Part shown: in pieces, positions 28,088-47,351 of the stretch
Layout of the letters: each line of letters begins with the position of its first letter
Position numbering within the stretch: the first letter of the stretch is position 1
Origin: Neoconidiobolus thromboides FSU 785
Taxonomy: Eukaryota > Fungi > Entomophthoromycota
Length of the DNA: 64,000 nt
Direction of reading: 5' to 3'
Assembly (NCBI GenBank): GCA_025603075.1
Contig: MU626260.1
Location: forward strand, 186,001 to 250,000
The notes under the pieces: model-generated
The model's input: the letters and a program-made list of their open reading frames with translations, nothing else
Database searches by the model: none
Told to the model about the DNA's origin: nothing
Made by a program: the position numbers and the translations under genes

Positions 28088-28448
28088 AAATGTTCAAAAT
28101 TTATCTAACCAAAACATTTTATAATTAAGTTATAAGAAAAATTTTCTTTTTTATAGATTTCTTGAATACTGTTTATAAAACTTAATAAAAATAGTAATGA
28201 TAAATAAGTGATAAATTGATCTAAGTTGAACTATAGACTTACTAAAATTGATCTAAAATGAGCAAAAAAAAAAAAATGCCCAAAAAGCTTTTTCAGCCTT
28301 TATTAAAATCAATTCAACTTACATGATGACAACGCCATGAAATTAAATTAATATTACTAGTTGACCAATAAAAGAGAAAGAAAATGGGGATAAAGCAATA
28401 TAAATTTAATGAATTCACATATTTATGTTTAGCTTTTTTTAAAATATA

Positions 28449-29246
28449 ATGAGTGCACAGGTTAGTTATTTTGATAGCATTGTAAAGAGTTACGTCGATG
28501 TACCAACTGAAAACGGAATTGAAGTTGTATCCTTCTTAGAAGCTACTGAGTCTTTAGTCAGTTTATTCGGTAAATAGATAGTTGGTACAAATTAATAATA
28601 CTAAATATGAAATAGATTTATTGCATGCAACCGCTTTTGCACCAGTTAAATCAGATATGAATGGAAATGTTGCAGTAAGATAATTTTTATTACTTGTCCA
28701 TTCAATATTAATAAAGCAAATAGAAAATACGTAAGAAGTATTTGGAAAATCCAACAGAATACACCACTTTACAAAAAATTGTAGAAAGTGAAGTAGGATT
28801 AGGCAGCAAAAGAGTAGCAACTCAAGGTTTATTATGGTTAAAAAGGTAGAATTATTATTTCAAAATAGTTTTAATGTTAAACGTTTCATAAAAGAGGTTT
28901 GCGCTTTATTTGTGAAGCATTGAAGCAGAACTCTTCAAGGCCAACTGAAGAGCTTTCGGTCTCTTTCAATGAGGCTTATGCTCGTACACTTAAAAAGTAT
29001 CATTCCTTTTTAATTGCTCCAATCTTTTCGGTATTTATATTAATGTTGTACAAAGACTTATCTTAACTTTTGATTATTTAGTTGGCTATGAAAGCTTGTC
29101 CATATCGTGTTGATTTTTATAAAAAATTAGGGCCAGACCCAGTTAAAGTCCAAGTTGAGCTTAAAGATTGGTTGGAAGCATTGGATAAAATCGTAAATAC
29201 TTTGGATGAATTTTATGCCCAAGGCAACCACGAAAAAGGGCTCTAA
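28449..29246 (+). CDS. GLTP: Glycolipid transfer protein (GLTP / HET-C2 family), 5 exons; missed by the ORF track
   Basis: Spliced translation MSAQVSYFD..FLEATESLVSLFD|LL..AFAPVKSDMNGNVA|KIR..ATQGLLWLKR|GL..AY..TLKKYH..ACPYRVDFYKKLG; stop 29244-29246. Confidence 0.88.
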
Positions 29247-29830
29247 TATTGATGTTTAAAAATAAATTATTATGTTTGAGTATTATTTTGGTTATAATAA
29301 TGTTAATTTTTCAATGAATTTTTGCACCTTTTTAATGAAATAGTTACAAATTTATTAGATTGTTCAAGATATTTCAGTATAAATTTATACATGTTAAAAA
29401 TTCCCAGTTATTGATTGCAATATCAGTAAAGAATTTACATACAAATTTTATTTTAACAGGTTTAAAAAAAATTACTGTTGCAACCAAAAATTGATAATTT
29501 TTAGTATGGATAAATTTGTATTGGAATATTTTGAACAAGTTGCAACAGAAAGAAGTTTTAAGTAATCACTCCCAAAACATGAATTTTTTTTCAGTTTAAT
29601 TATAAGAAATCTTTATGACTTTTTTTCCAGTTTGTCTATGATAGGAATCTCGTTCAATTTAGCATAGTTAACATTAAACTTTAGTTAAATGAGTTGCTCT
29701 TTAAAAAAATTGATCTAACTATTTTTTTAAATTGTTTGATACTTAAAGGATTCATTATTAAGATAACTAATTCCCACAATAAAAAAAATAGGAAAATTAT
29801 TTTTTGATTAAAATAAGGTCACAAACATAT

Positions 29831-29928
29831 GAGGCCATTTTTTTGGTTTCATCACTTTTTCCATTTTTTAAGAGCTATTTAAGCAGAAAGATTGTTAGTA
29901 AAATCCTTAAAATATATGGATATATCTT
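29831..29928 (+). mobile_element. MITE copy 6 (variant GAGGCCA terminus, inner end decayed)
   Basis: ATAT|GAGGCCATTTTTTTGGTTTCATCACTTTTTCC... Confidence 0.8.
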
Positions 29929-30489
29929 AGTTGAACTTGGTCCTTCCTCAATAGAGGTTTTGACTGAAACTAAATTACTTCAGGAGGTTTAAAGGTAATG
30001 AAATTAATCGATTGACTAGTTTTACTAATCTCATCGTTAAGTTATATCATTCGAATATCATTTGATATAAGAATGCAACTTCGTTGAGGCAGGTACTATT
30101 CAACATTATATGACTTAGTAGCATCACGATGTAGTTAATGTAAAATACGACAAATTTAGGTTTCTACTCAGTTATACTACAATTGATGGAAATTAGTCCT
30201 TGTACCTTTTAAAAAGATAAAAAAAATTGAAGCAGATATAACTGTTTTTATAATAAATGCTTCATATTTTATTCAATTTCATAGATTTGTTTTTTACAAT
30301 AAGATGATATTATAGAAGTAATTAATTCACTTCAATTTCTTTTAAAGAGTATGAAAACTGGTTGTACTAATTGTATAAGATAGTCTAAGGTAATTTAACT
30401 TTCTGGGCAAATTCGTTTTAATAAGGGTATAAGATTATTGTGACAAAAATTTATTAAATTAATACAATCCTTTTGTGACCTAATTAATT

Positions 30490-30587
30490 GGAGGTGCATT
30501 TTTCTGTTTAAAAATTTTACTAACAACCTTTCTGCTTAAATAGCTCTTAAAAAATGGAAAAAGTGATGAAACCAAAAAAATGGCCTC
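30490..30587 (-). mobile_element. MITE copy 7 (inverted partner of copy 6)
   Basis: GGAGGTGC...TGGCCTC|ATAT; reverse complement of 30528-30591 is identical to 29827-29890. Confidence 0.85.
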
Positions 30588-30777
30588 ATATTCAATACTT
30601 AAAGGGTTAAAGAGGCCTAAAAAATAAGTCTCAGATGAATTAGAAATGCTTTTTAGTTAGCAGTAATTGGTTAAAACTTAAAATTAGAACTGTGAATGGA
30701 ATATTTGAAATACGTAAATATTTAACTTTTAACTTATTACAGAAAAGAACTAGTGTTTATAAAAGTAAACGTTAAGA

Positions 30778-32430
30778 ATGATACTGATAGATCAAAAAAA
30801 GCTATATAGGATAGCAACCTTTGGGTGTGCAAGTTTTATGTCAATAGGCTCTCACTTTGCAGCCCATACTTTAGCACCAATAAAGGATAACTTAAAAAGA
30901 GTAAGCTTTTATATCAAAATAAATTTAAAATAATACAATATATATTTAAAGTTTTAGGAATTAAACATAACGAATACTCAGTTTGGTTTATTACAAAGTT
31001 CGCTACTACTATTTCAAACAGTTACTCCAATAGTTGGAGGTATTTTAAGTGACGAGTTAGGAACTGAATTAACATCGTTTTATGCTACTTTAGCCATCTT
31101 TATTGGTGAACTATTAATGGCAATAGCTGCTACTTTTATGCCTAGATCAATTCAATTCTTTGTATTGGGTTTAGGACAATGTTTATTTGGATTAGGTGCT
31201 GGAGGAATAGTAACTATACAAGAAACTATATTGGTAAACACATTTTTAGCAGAAAACCTTTCGTTAGCTATGGGTTCCTTATTTGCTATTGGGAAATTGG
31301 TAAACAAGATAGAAATATAAAATCAACAAGTTACTAATTATGTTAGTCAGGGTTTTTAGCTTCAGGTTTAGTTGCCCATTTAGTGGAGTGGTTTAATTTT
31401 TACGGGTCTATATTTTGGTTTACTACCATATTAACTTTCATTTCGTTTTCTTTGTCCATTATCTATATGAAACTATCAAAGGCTCAAGATAAGATCCATC
31501 CGTTTATTCCATTAAATGCAGACATACAAGTACCTGAAGAGTATGAGTTAACAAATAACGAAGATATAATCCAGGTTAAAAAAGTCAACTTTAAACAAAG
31601 ATTGTTGTTGGTTTATGATACAATTTTAAATTTTGATTTTATAACCTGGTATTATGTGGTTGTCTTAACACTTTCATTTGGCTCTATCTGGACTCCATTT
31701 TTACATTTAGCTAGGTAAAACTATTAATATATTTAATGATAGTAGTTTATTACTTTTATAGTAACCTAATATTACATACATTTGATACAACTCAAGTTGC
31801 TGCGGGTTGGCAAGCATCTATCAGTTTGGGGCTACCAATAATTTTATGTCCCCTGTTTGGCTTTTTGGTCGATAGGTTTAACAAACCGCAGCCGCAATTT
31901 AGTAAATATAAATTTAAAATAACCGAAACTAAAATAATAATCTGTTATTAGTTATTTCAGCATCAGTATGTCTTTTGGTTTGTTTTTTAATCTTAGATAG
32001 CTCAATCATAAATAGTCCTATCCCAAGTATTGTCTTATTCGCTATATCTTTAGGCTGTGGGCCACTATCGTTGGCTACTATAGCACCCGATCTATTGTTA
32101 TTAAAGGGGAAGCACGATTTTAAAGTTGGCACTTTGTTGGGATTGCATCGTGCTGTTGATCATATGGGATCCTCTTTGCTTGATACATTATTAGGATATG
32201 CCCAAGATCACACACAAGATAAAGCTAAAGATTATGGAATTGTGTTAGGGATTTTTAAATATTTAACTGTAGCTAATTTGGTAGCATCCGTTGTATTTTA
32301 TTTATTGGTAAGAAAGAAAATAGAAGTTAAAATATTCAAAAAGGAATGGAATATTATATTTGTAATACTTGTTCTTATACTCCTCTTTGCAACTTGGTTT
32401 CTATTCTTTTTTATACTTTTTAATAATTAA
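30778..32430 (+). CDS. Major facilitator superfamily transporter (MFSD1-like), multi-exon
   Basis: MSIGSHFAAHTLAPIKD..LNITNTQFGLLQS..PIVGGILSDELG; GLGAGGIVTIQETIL; PLFGFLVDRF; many TM segments. Confidence 0.82.
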
Positions 32431-32691
32431 AAGGGTTGTTAATAGGTTTATTACTAATATAAAGATTTGGTTTTTAACTTTAATCACAGCTTAATATACT
32501 TTATTACTGCTATGCATATAGAGATAATATACTTCTTTTTAAAAGAATATTAATAAATCAAAGTTAGTCTTTATTTTTACTTCAAAACTATGTGTGGAAT
32601 AATAACATACAAAAGTAAATTTAGATATTGTCTTGTTTGAATGAATTGTTATTTATCACTTTATAAAGCTAAAAAAAAGTTTAAAACATAT

Positions 32692-32779
32692 AAGGATGTT
32701 TTTTGATTTCATCACTCCATTTTTCAAACACTATGAGTAGAAAGATTGTTAGTAAAATTCTTAAACAAAATACATTCTC
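32692..32779 (+). mobile_element. MITE copy 8 (degenerate)
   Basis: ATAT|AAGGATGT...ACATTCTC|ATAC. Confidence 0.7.
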
Positions 32780-32990
32780 ATACCTTTGAAATAAAATTTA
32801 TTTAAAAAAGTAAAAAGAATTTTCATTATAAATAGTAAAATTCATTTAATAAAAGTTATAAATTATAAATAATAATGGCATTGCTTTTTTACATAGTAAT
32901 TTTTATTATAATAATTAAAACAATAATAAGCATATGTTTAATACATTTTATAAATCTTAAAAATATTTATCGAAACATGTATCAAAATAT

Positions 32991-33089
32991 GGAGCTGTTT
33001 TTTTTGGCTTCATTACTTTTTCCATCTTTTAAGCGTTATTTGGGTGGAAAAATTGTTAGTAAAATTCTTAAATACAGAAATACATCCCC
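32991..33089 (+). mobile_element. MITE copy 9
   Basis: 99 bp, GGAGCTGT...ACATCCCC, ATAT at 32987-32990 and 33090-33093. Confidence 0.9.
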
Positions 33090-33140
33090 ATATGTATCAA
33101 AATTATTAATAACCTGAGTTCTTGAATAGTTATAATAGAT

Positions 33141-33237
33141 GGGGATGTATTTCTTTGTTCAAGAGAATTTTACTAATAATCTTTCTACTCAAATAGCGTT
33201 TGAAAAATGGAAAGTGATGAGATCAAAAAATATCCTC
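33141..33237 (-). mobile_element. MITE copy 10
   Basis: GGGGATGT...ATATCCTC with reverse family core. Confidence 0.8.
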
Positions 33238-33313
33238 AAACATTTAAATGATACATATAGAGATCAGTTGAAATTTTACACCTTTCGAAGTAATTTAAAA
33301 CATTTTGCTAATT

Positions 33314-33412
33314 GGTGATGTTTTTTTTGGCTTCATTACTTTTTCCATCTTTTAAGCGTTATTTGAGTGGAAAAATTGTTGGTAAAATTCTTAAACACAG
33401 AAATACATCCCC
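33314..33412 (+). mobile_element. MITE copy 11
   Basis: 99 bp, GGTGATGT...ACATCCCC, AATT at 33310-33313 and 33413-33416. Confidence 0.9.
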
Positions 33413-34938
33413 AATTACCGTTTTTGAAGTTTGGAGATTTTGTTTTACTGTTCAATTTTAAGTTATGTACAAGAGTTTATTATTAAATGACAACAAACAG
33501 TATTTCTGTTTAGATAATACGGCCTAAAAGGAGGCATATATTGAAAGCTGTTTTAAAAACTTTCAACAATGATTAAGCAAAAGTGAATAAAGCATAGGAT
33601 AATGTAGTGCGAATTAAAATAATTTCCGAAGAAAATTACTTCAATATTTGCATATTTTTATTTTGAAATATTGTTAAAACTATTAAGGTACCTGTTTAAT
33701 GTACGCCACTTTTGGGCCGTATTAATTGAAAAATGAAATAAAATAAAATATAGTTTATAATTAATTAAAAGTTCATTATTTGAGAATATAATGTATTATT
33801 TTTAATATCATTCTTATCATTATTATAAAAATAGGTTTGAATCATAATAAGATTAAATTGAACAGGTTTAAATTTAGGGAAGATTAATAAACAAGCTACA
33901 AAGTTCGTGTTTTCATAGTTCTATAGCTTTTATTTCACCACTTTTTTAATTAATAATTAATAATTTTGTATTATTTGTTATCATTACTATTAGTACTTAA
34001 TAATATCAGGTAATTCTTGTGATACTAATTTCCAGTTAAAGTTGATAGTTTGTAAAACTTTTTGCTAAACTTTCGTTTGGTGGCACTTTAAAATAAAAAT
34101 TTAATATATAAGAAGGTTTTAAATAAGTTGTTATATTAATATGATATAATAATGTAAAAAATAAAACATTTTAGCTCAAAAATACTAAATAAAGATAAAG
34201 GCTGTAATAAAAGTCACATAATAATAAAAATAAAGATAAAACAATTACTTTTGAGTAAACAATACGCTATAAAAATAGAAAAAATATGCGCAATGAGAAT
34301 ATTTCAATCAAAGCGAACAAAATTTAGGGGCAGCTTTTTTAACATTTAATAATAACAAAACCATCTTTTATTTTTATTAAAAAAAATAACATATTAAATA
34401 AAGCGTATTTAACTAACTCAAAAAATTGAAAGATTTTAACTTAACCTTAATATTAAAAAACCCTTTATTTTATTATAAAAAGTGGCTAATAGTATTTAAT
34501 ATAGCATTGATAATTTGATGAATTTAGTTTCAATATTAAACATTTTAAAACATTCACCCTTTTAATTGGTTAATCTAGATAGCAGTAGGTTTATTTAGAA
34601 TGGAATGAGTTGGGGCTCACCCATTTAGAAAATTAGATCATCTTCATCCTTTAGCCAATCACAGCCCTAATGTTGAGCGTTATCCAATTGAAATAATATC
34701 TAAATTACCGTTATTGTTATCCATTTACCATTTTGCAAGTTGGGAGGGGAACGTGTTTAGATTTTGCTAACATTTATTTAACAAATAGTAAAATTTATCC
34801 CAATTAATCCAACCTTAATTATAATTATTAAATTTTAATTCAATCTTTCATCTAAGTTTTATTCTCAAAACTTGTAGCTACTTCGACTACCCTATACTAA
34901 CCCCCTTATTCATTTAATAATCATTTTTTTATTTAATA

Positions 34939-37815
<2,877 letters not shown>

Positions 37816-38042
37816 TATGTAACATTTTCTATTATCATTATACTAAGCTCTCCTTGCTTTTTTGTTTAAATTCATAAAATTGTATCCCTTATTTAGCTAA
37901 CTAATTTTTATCCCTGCTCTCACCTCACCTTCCATATATAATCTTTAATTCTGTTACCTTATAATCTCACCTACTTAATAAAAAAAATTGATTCTACAAA
38001 AAACAATACTTATTTAAAGCCCATAAAGGCTATTTTTTATTT

Positions 38043-38130
38043 GGGGGTGTTTTCAAGAATTTAAAAAGAATATTTTAAATTTTAAGCTGCCTAAAAGATG
38101 GCCAAAGCACTAAACGAAAAAGATATCCTC
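38043..38130 (-). mobile_element. MITE copy 12 (strongly diverged)
   Basis: ATTT|GGGGGTGT...ATATCCTC|ATTA; partial match to reverse core (AAGAATTT, AAAAGATGG). Confidence 0.45.
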
Positions 38131-38263
38131 ATTATATATGGGTTTTAAAAAAGCAGATAGATATCATAATATACTAAATAAGTCAATGTGTAAAATAGGT
38201 AAATGAAGATAAATGAAGATAAATAATGATCTATATTTAATTATCTAATAAAGGGTGTATTGT

Positions 38264-39138
38264 TTAGGCAGTGTTATTACTACCAGCTTTGAGCATATCT
38301 AGGAACGAAGCTTTGGACATTTTAGCAACTAAAATAGAAAGGTTTAATAAACTTCATAAAATGATTATATCAAATTAATTCTACCTTCTACTTTTTCTTC
38401 ATTTTTCAAGTCCAAGTGATCTAAATTGTCTTGTTTTTGCTGTACTCGAATAGCATTGAATAAACGAACCACTAAATAAATTGATGAAAAATGATATTAA
38501 ATAAAACAAAAATAAAAGCTAAAAATTAGCTTACCACCACTAGTAGCTACTTTTTTCAACTTCCTTTCATAATCCATCGTACGGATATCTGGTAATACAT
38601 GGTCCTTTTCTTTCAAGGCTTTTTTCTCTTTAATCAATGCCTTACGTGCTCTATATTCTAACTTTTCTTCTTCAATTTTTTTAGTCAGCCCTTTGGACTT
38701 GGATAAGATAGCATTCTATAAAATTCAAAACTTAGCATGTAAACTTATTAATTTTAGATAAGCTAATTACATTTTCCTTTTCGGTAGTTAAAGTTTGGTT
38801 TAAGATTTGGCCCATGATATTAGTAAAGTCAGTGTTATCATGGAACGCTTTCTTTTTTTCTATAGTTATTTGTCATTTATGTTTCTTTAAAATCCTAATG
38901 AATTAAATTTACTTTTGTTTGGCTCATTATTTTCTAAATCTAACTCTGGTTCATCATCAATCTCTGACTCGCCTGACTCATGTTCATCCGAAGCTTCATT
39001 AAGTCCTTCTTCCGAGGATTCTTCCATTTCTCTTTCTTCTTCACTAGATTCTCTTTCATCTTTTACTTCTTCCCTTTCCACTTTTAGCTTATATTTCGCT
39101 TCTTCCTTTTCATTTCTCTTTTCTCTTTTGAATCCCAT
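38264..39138 (-). CDS. RRP15: Ribosomal RNA-processing protein Rrp15, multi-exon
   Basis: Acidic N-terminus; spliced KDHVLPDIRTMDYERKLKKVATSG|V..LFNAI..Q and KMSKASFLDMLK fit the Rrp15p domain; stop at 38264. Confidence 0.82.
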
Positions 39139-39242
39139 TTTTAATTTACTAACAAAAGTTGGTAATTTAAAATTTTGAACTTTGCTTAAATTAAATTTGA
39201 AGCTCAATAAGGGTATTCTTATTTTTTAAAAAATTTAAAATA

Positions 39243-42754
<3,512 letters not shown>

Positions 42755-43750
42755 TAATATTATGTTTTAATAAAAGCGTTCTGTTATCCATGTTTGTCAT
42801 ATGTTTTTCACTTTCAATTTGATATAACTGTATAAATCTTTGGTGTTATAGTATAGTCACAAGAAAGAAATTACAATTATATTCTAAATACAATGCTAGG
42901 CGAAACTGAGTATATAATTGAGGATCTTTTCGTAAATTTGAAATGAATAAAAATGACTAAGTTTCAAATTACAGGTTGTTTTCAAATATTAGGACAGTTT
43001 TGAAATTGTGATTTAAAAAGAAAAAGAAAGAGAGAAATACTTAAAAACAAATAAAATATTATAATTTATCTTTAATAGTGGAACATTCATACATTCTTTA
43101 ATATTAAAAATAGTACAAAATAATGAAATTATAATACTGAAACGATAAATTTTAACAAAAACTCTAAACTAAAAAAAATAGCAAAATTTAATTTTTCACA
43201 AAATTTTGACTCAAAAAAATCTCATTTTTAAAAGTAGGTTTATTAAACTTTTTATTAAACTTTTTATTTTATATTTTAAATCAAACATTAAAAGTGGTAT
43301 TTATTTAAAAAAAACAAATAAACATCTTTTTCAAAAGCCAATTTACACTTTTATATTGATATACCAATTGTATACTAGTCTCCCCCTAAAAATAACTATT
43401 TTTAAACAAGTATCATGGTGAAAGTCACTAAAAAAGCCAAATTAAATTTACCTACACCTTATCCTTCAATTTTAACTTCTCTTACATTTCCCACCCTAGT
43501 AAAAAATAAGTGAGTTTTGGTTAATTACCTTTTTTGAAGATAAGAAATAGAAAGATTATTTATTCAATACTAACATTTTAAAGAACTACATAAACCAAAA
43601 CTATTCTTTTTACTTCTTTTGAATTAAAATTGACTCAAATTTAGTATAAAATTTAGTACTTAAAAAAACTATTTATTAAAACTACATCATTCATAATAAT
43701 ATAAATAATAAAGTTGATAAAAAATTCGTTTATTTATATGATAAAATCAA

Positions 43751-44700
43751 TTATTTTTTCATAATGTTGTAAATTTCATCCGCAAAATATTGATGAGTAT
43801 TAGAAGTTGGATGGATAGAATCATAAAAGATGTATTTATCTGGATCACTACATACGTTATAAGTAGTTAAACTATTTTCACCCGTTTCTTGTTTAACTAA
43901 ACATGAACCATTTACTTCGTCAATACTCACTCCCTCAGTTGTCTTTTGTTTCGTCAATTTTAATAAAATATCTAAAAACTTTATTAATGTACTACTCTGA
44001 ACTTTGTTATTTAATTACCTCTTGAATCAAAAGTATAAATACGAATCTTTGGATAATTTTTTCTTAACCTATTGATAGCTTCTGACCAAAGCGTCCCAAT
44101 TTGTTTAGTAATTAATTCAAACTGAATTTGATGTTCCTTGGGAAGGGATTTGACTTGTGGAGTTATATCTAATGGAGTAGTGGTCATAATTAAAAAGTTA
44201 TTTAAACTTTTTTCATTGATAATTTTAACGATACTTTTTTCCAAATTATTGACCATTTTTTGTGGACTGGAACCAGGGGATGGGAAATCATTGCCACCAA
44301 AGGCAAACGATACTAACGGAGATTTTGGTAACTTTCCATTCTTTTTATGGCCATTATAATACTTCACAAATTCATTAACTTGTTGGATAGCTCCTGGTAC
44401 TCCTCCTGGTACTAAAGTAGCTGGAAATTCAATATTATCGGAAGTAGCTGCAGCATAAGCAAAAGATTTAACATTTGGAATAGACAACTTTTTGCCTAAT
44501 CTTTCTATCCAGGTTGGTCCATTACTATATCTTCCATTATAATAATATTTATCATTCGGAGAACTATGATTACTTAAAACATAAGTATTATCATAATCAC
44601 TTAAACTATCACCAAAGATATATAATTGATCATATTTAACTGGAACTTTTATGGATAATCCACTAGTTATTAAAACACTCAAAAGGGCGAGATATTGCAT
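43751..44700 (-). CDS. Secreted GDSL/SGNH lipase-esterase, 1 intron
   Basis: Signal peptide MQYLALLSVLITSGLS; block I IFGDSLSD; GRYSNGPTW; block III FGGND; block V FYDSIHPT. Confidence 0.9.
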
Positions 44701-45466
44701 TTTTTTAAATATTATTAAATTACTTTTAGTATAGTGAATATCAGGTTATTATTTCTTTAGTATTTATACTCTTTCTATTACATAATATACGTCCCATGTT
44801 AAATTAATTTATTTCAAGAATGTTCTTTAATAAATTCAATTAAAATATGGCATAAATTTCTATCTTTATATTTAATTATAAATGACTTATCGGATATACC
44901 AAAAAGATAGTGATTAATAATTATATCTTTATGAAATAAAGCCACAACAGTAGTATATTTTAGTAGCCTATGTATTGATATGAATAAATACTATTCTACA
45001 TTTTATACATTCAACTTTAGATATTAAAATTCAATTCAAGAATTAGATGGGAACATTTAATCTTATTTCAATATTTGATTGACAATTTCTTTAAATTTTT
45101 AGTGCATGATATGGTAAATAAATAAATAAATAAATAAATAAATATATTGTATATTAAGTTGTTCTCTATGTTTTAAGTATCTTCATTTAAACTTGTTGGT
45201 AACTTTTTTTTACCTGAATTTAAAAATAAAAAATTACATAGAATCCTTAAATTCAAATAAAATAAATTAGTAACGAATTCAAATGAAGATATCTGAAATA
45301 TAAAGAACAATTAATATACTAAAAGGGGGATAATGGTATTTTTATTCTTATGTTTATTAGTTAAATTAAACTTAAATTAACTGAGTGCCCATTAACACTA
45401 TATTCTTCAAATTTAATAGAATAGATGGCACAAAATAACTAGTAAATTCATTCTATTTTAATATAT

Positions 45467-45564
45467 GGGAATTTTTTTTTGGCTTTATCACTTTTTCCAT
45501 TTTTTAAGCGCTATTTGAGTGAAAAAATTGATAGTAAAATTCTTAAACACAAGAATACATTACC
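45467..45564 (+). mobile_element. MITE copy 13
   Basis: ATAT|GGGAATT...ACATTACC|ATAT with family core. Confidence 0.85.
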
Positions 45565-46269
45565 ATATGATTACTATAAAAAAAGTATAATATTAATTTA
45601 GAATCCTTAATAGTGATTATTAAAAATTAATAATAGCAGTTTCTTTTATTTCATGCTTACCCATTAAAATGATGTTTTATTCAAGATTAAAAAACATAAA
45701 TTACTAAGTATCAATATCAGAGTCTAGAATGAAAATAAAGAAATATAACAAGAGAAGAAAATATGAAGAGATACAATGAGAGGAGAAAGTAATTTTTAAA
45801 TGAGTAATGAACTCTTCTATTTAGACTAAGTATTGAAAAACAATCATTAACCTGGGATTAAAACTCATGGTAAAAAAGAGAGGGTGTATTCTTATATTTG
45901 TACTCTATTAAATTTCAGTTGAAATTAAATACATATCTAGTAATAGTTTATTCATTAGACTTAATAAAATAGATAACATAAAAATTTAAATAAAGCACAC
46001 TCTTATTTACAGTGATTTGTTATTATAAACAAGTAATATTATTTATTGTTACTTATTAATGATAATTAATAAAAATTGATAAAATTATTAAAAAAAATAG
46101 AAAATGGATTTTATATTTCTATATTTACTTGTAAATAAATTATAAGATATAATAAAAAGATAAACATGAAAATGTTATGATAATAGGTTATATAGTTCTA
46201 CTAATAATATATTTTTTAGTTTATGAATTAATAGAAATATTGATTATTTTTTATTTTAAATTAATATAT

Positions 46270-46368
46270 GGGAGTATTTTTTTTTACTTGATTATTTTTT
46301 CCATTTTTTAAGCGCTATTTGAGTGGAAAAATTATTAGTAAAATTCTTAAATACAAAAATACATCCTC
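46270..46368 (+). mobile_element. MITE copy 14
   Basis: 99 bp, ATAT|GGGAGTA...ACATCCTC|ATAT. Confidence 0.88.
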
Positions 46369-47351
46369 ATATATAAATAGTATACCATTATTTCTATTCT
46401 TCATTAAGTAGAATTTTTTGTTTGTTATATCTATTATAATCGATTTTTGAAATCTCAGATAATTATTTAAAAAAAGCTTATTGTAAAACGATCAGTATTT
46501 TAAAAGATTATAATATTTTAAAAGTATATCTCCTTTAAATTCAATTTTTGATGCAAGCGTTTAATTCTAGTATTTAGAATATTTCTAATGACTCTTATAA
46601 TGTTTCAATTAATATTGAGCTCTAATACTTGTTTTTATTTAAAAATAAAACTCTTATTGAATCATTAGAAGACAAAACTCTAGATTTTATATTTGGTAAG
46701 TTATTTACTTGAACTTTAGATGTTAAGATGTAGACAAACTATCTGAAAGCTTAACGCTTTTTTGAAAGTTTATTTGTTAAAAAATCAAATGTTAAGATGT
46801 AGATAATATGTTCAAAACCTTTTATATTTATTATTTGATATCAATATTTTATTAATATTTTTAATAAACTCAATTAAAACTAACTAAAACTAAAACTAAT
46901 CCTTAAAAAATGAGGTAATCAGCATAAATTTTCAAAAATTCCAGCTACTTTTTATTTAAATTGCGCTTTATTATGCTTAATATTTGAAGTTTAACAACTT
47001 TTAGAATGATAAGAATTTAAATGTAATTCAAACTATTTTAATTGGTTATTTTTTTTATTTAAAAATTTATATTATAATGATAATATTGTTTACTATTAAA
47101 TTTTTAAATAAATGTAGAGACGAATTAAAAAGTAGAATGCCGTTTTATTTATTTCAATGACTAAATTATTCAACTAAATTAAGGGATGGGTAATAAAAAA
47201 AGGCAAGTCAAACAATTCAATTAAATAATTCAGGGGTAAAAAAAAAGAGAAAGTAAATAGAGAGAAAAGAAAAAGAATATATAAACGTTGAATATTCAAA
47301 TCAAGTAACGTTTTTTTAGAAATAAAAATAAAAGATAGAATAATAGTAATA

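Noticed and set aside
29804-33117. ORFs 29804-29992, 32875-33117, 6789-6980 and 6793-7023 as protein-coding genes
   Set aside because: They are frames running through MITE copies. They are discussed as a MITE property, not annotated as genes.
32692-33412. Regularly recurring repeats that could be mistaken for a CRISPR array
   Set aside because: Eukaryotic context, mixed orientations, irregular spacing, TIRs and TSDs present, no cas genes. These are MITEs.
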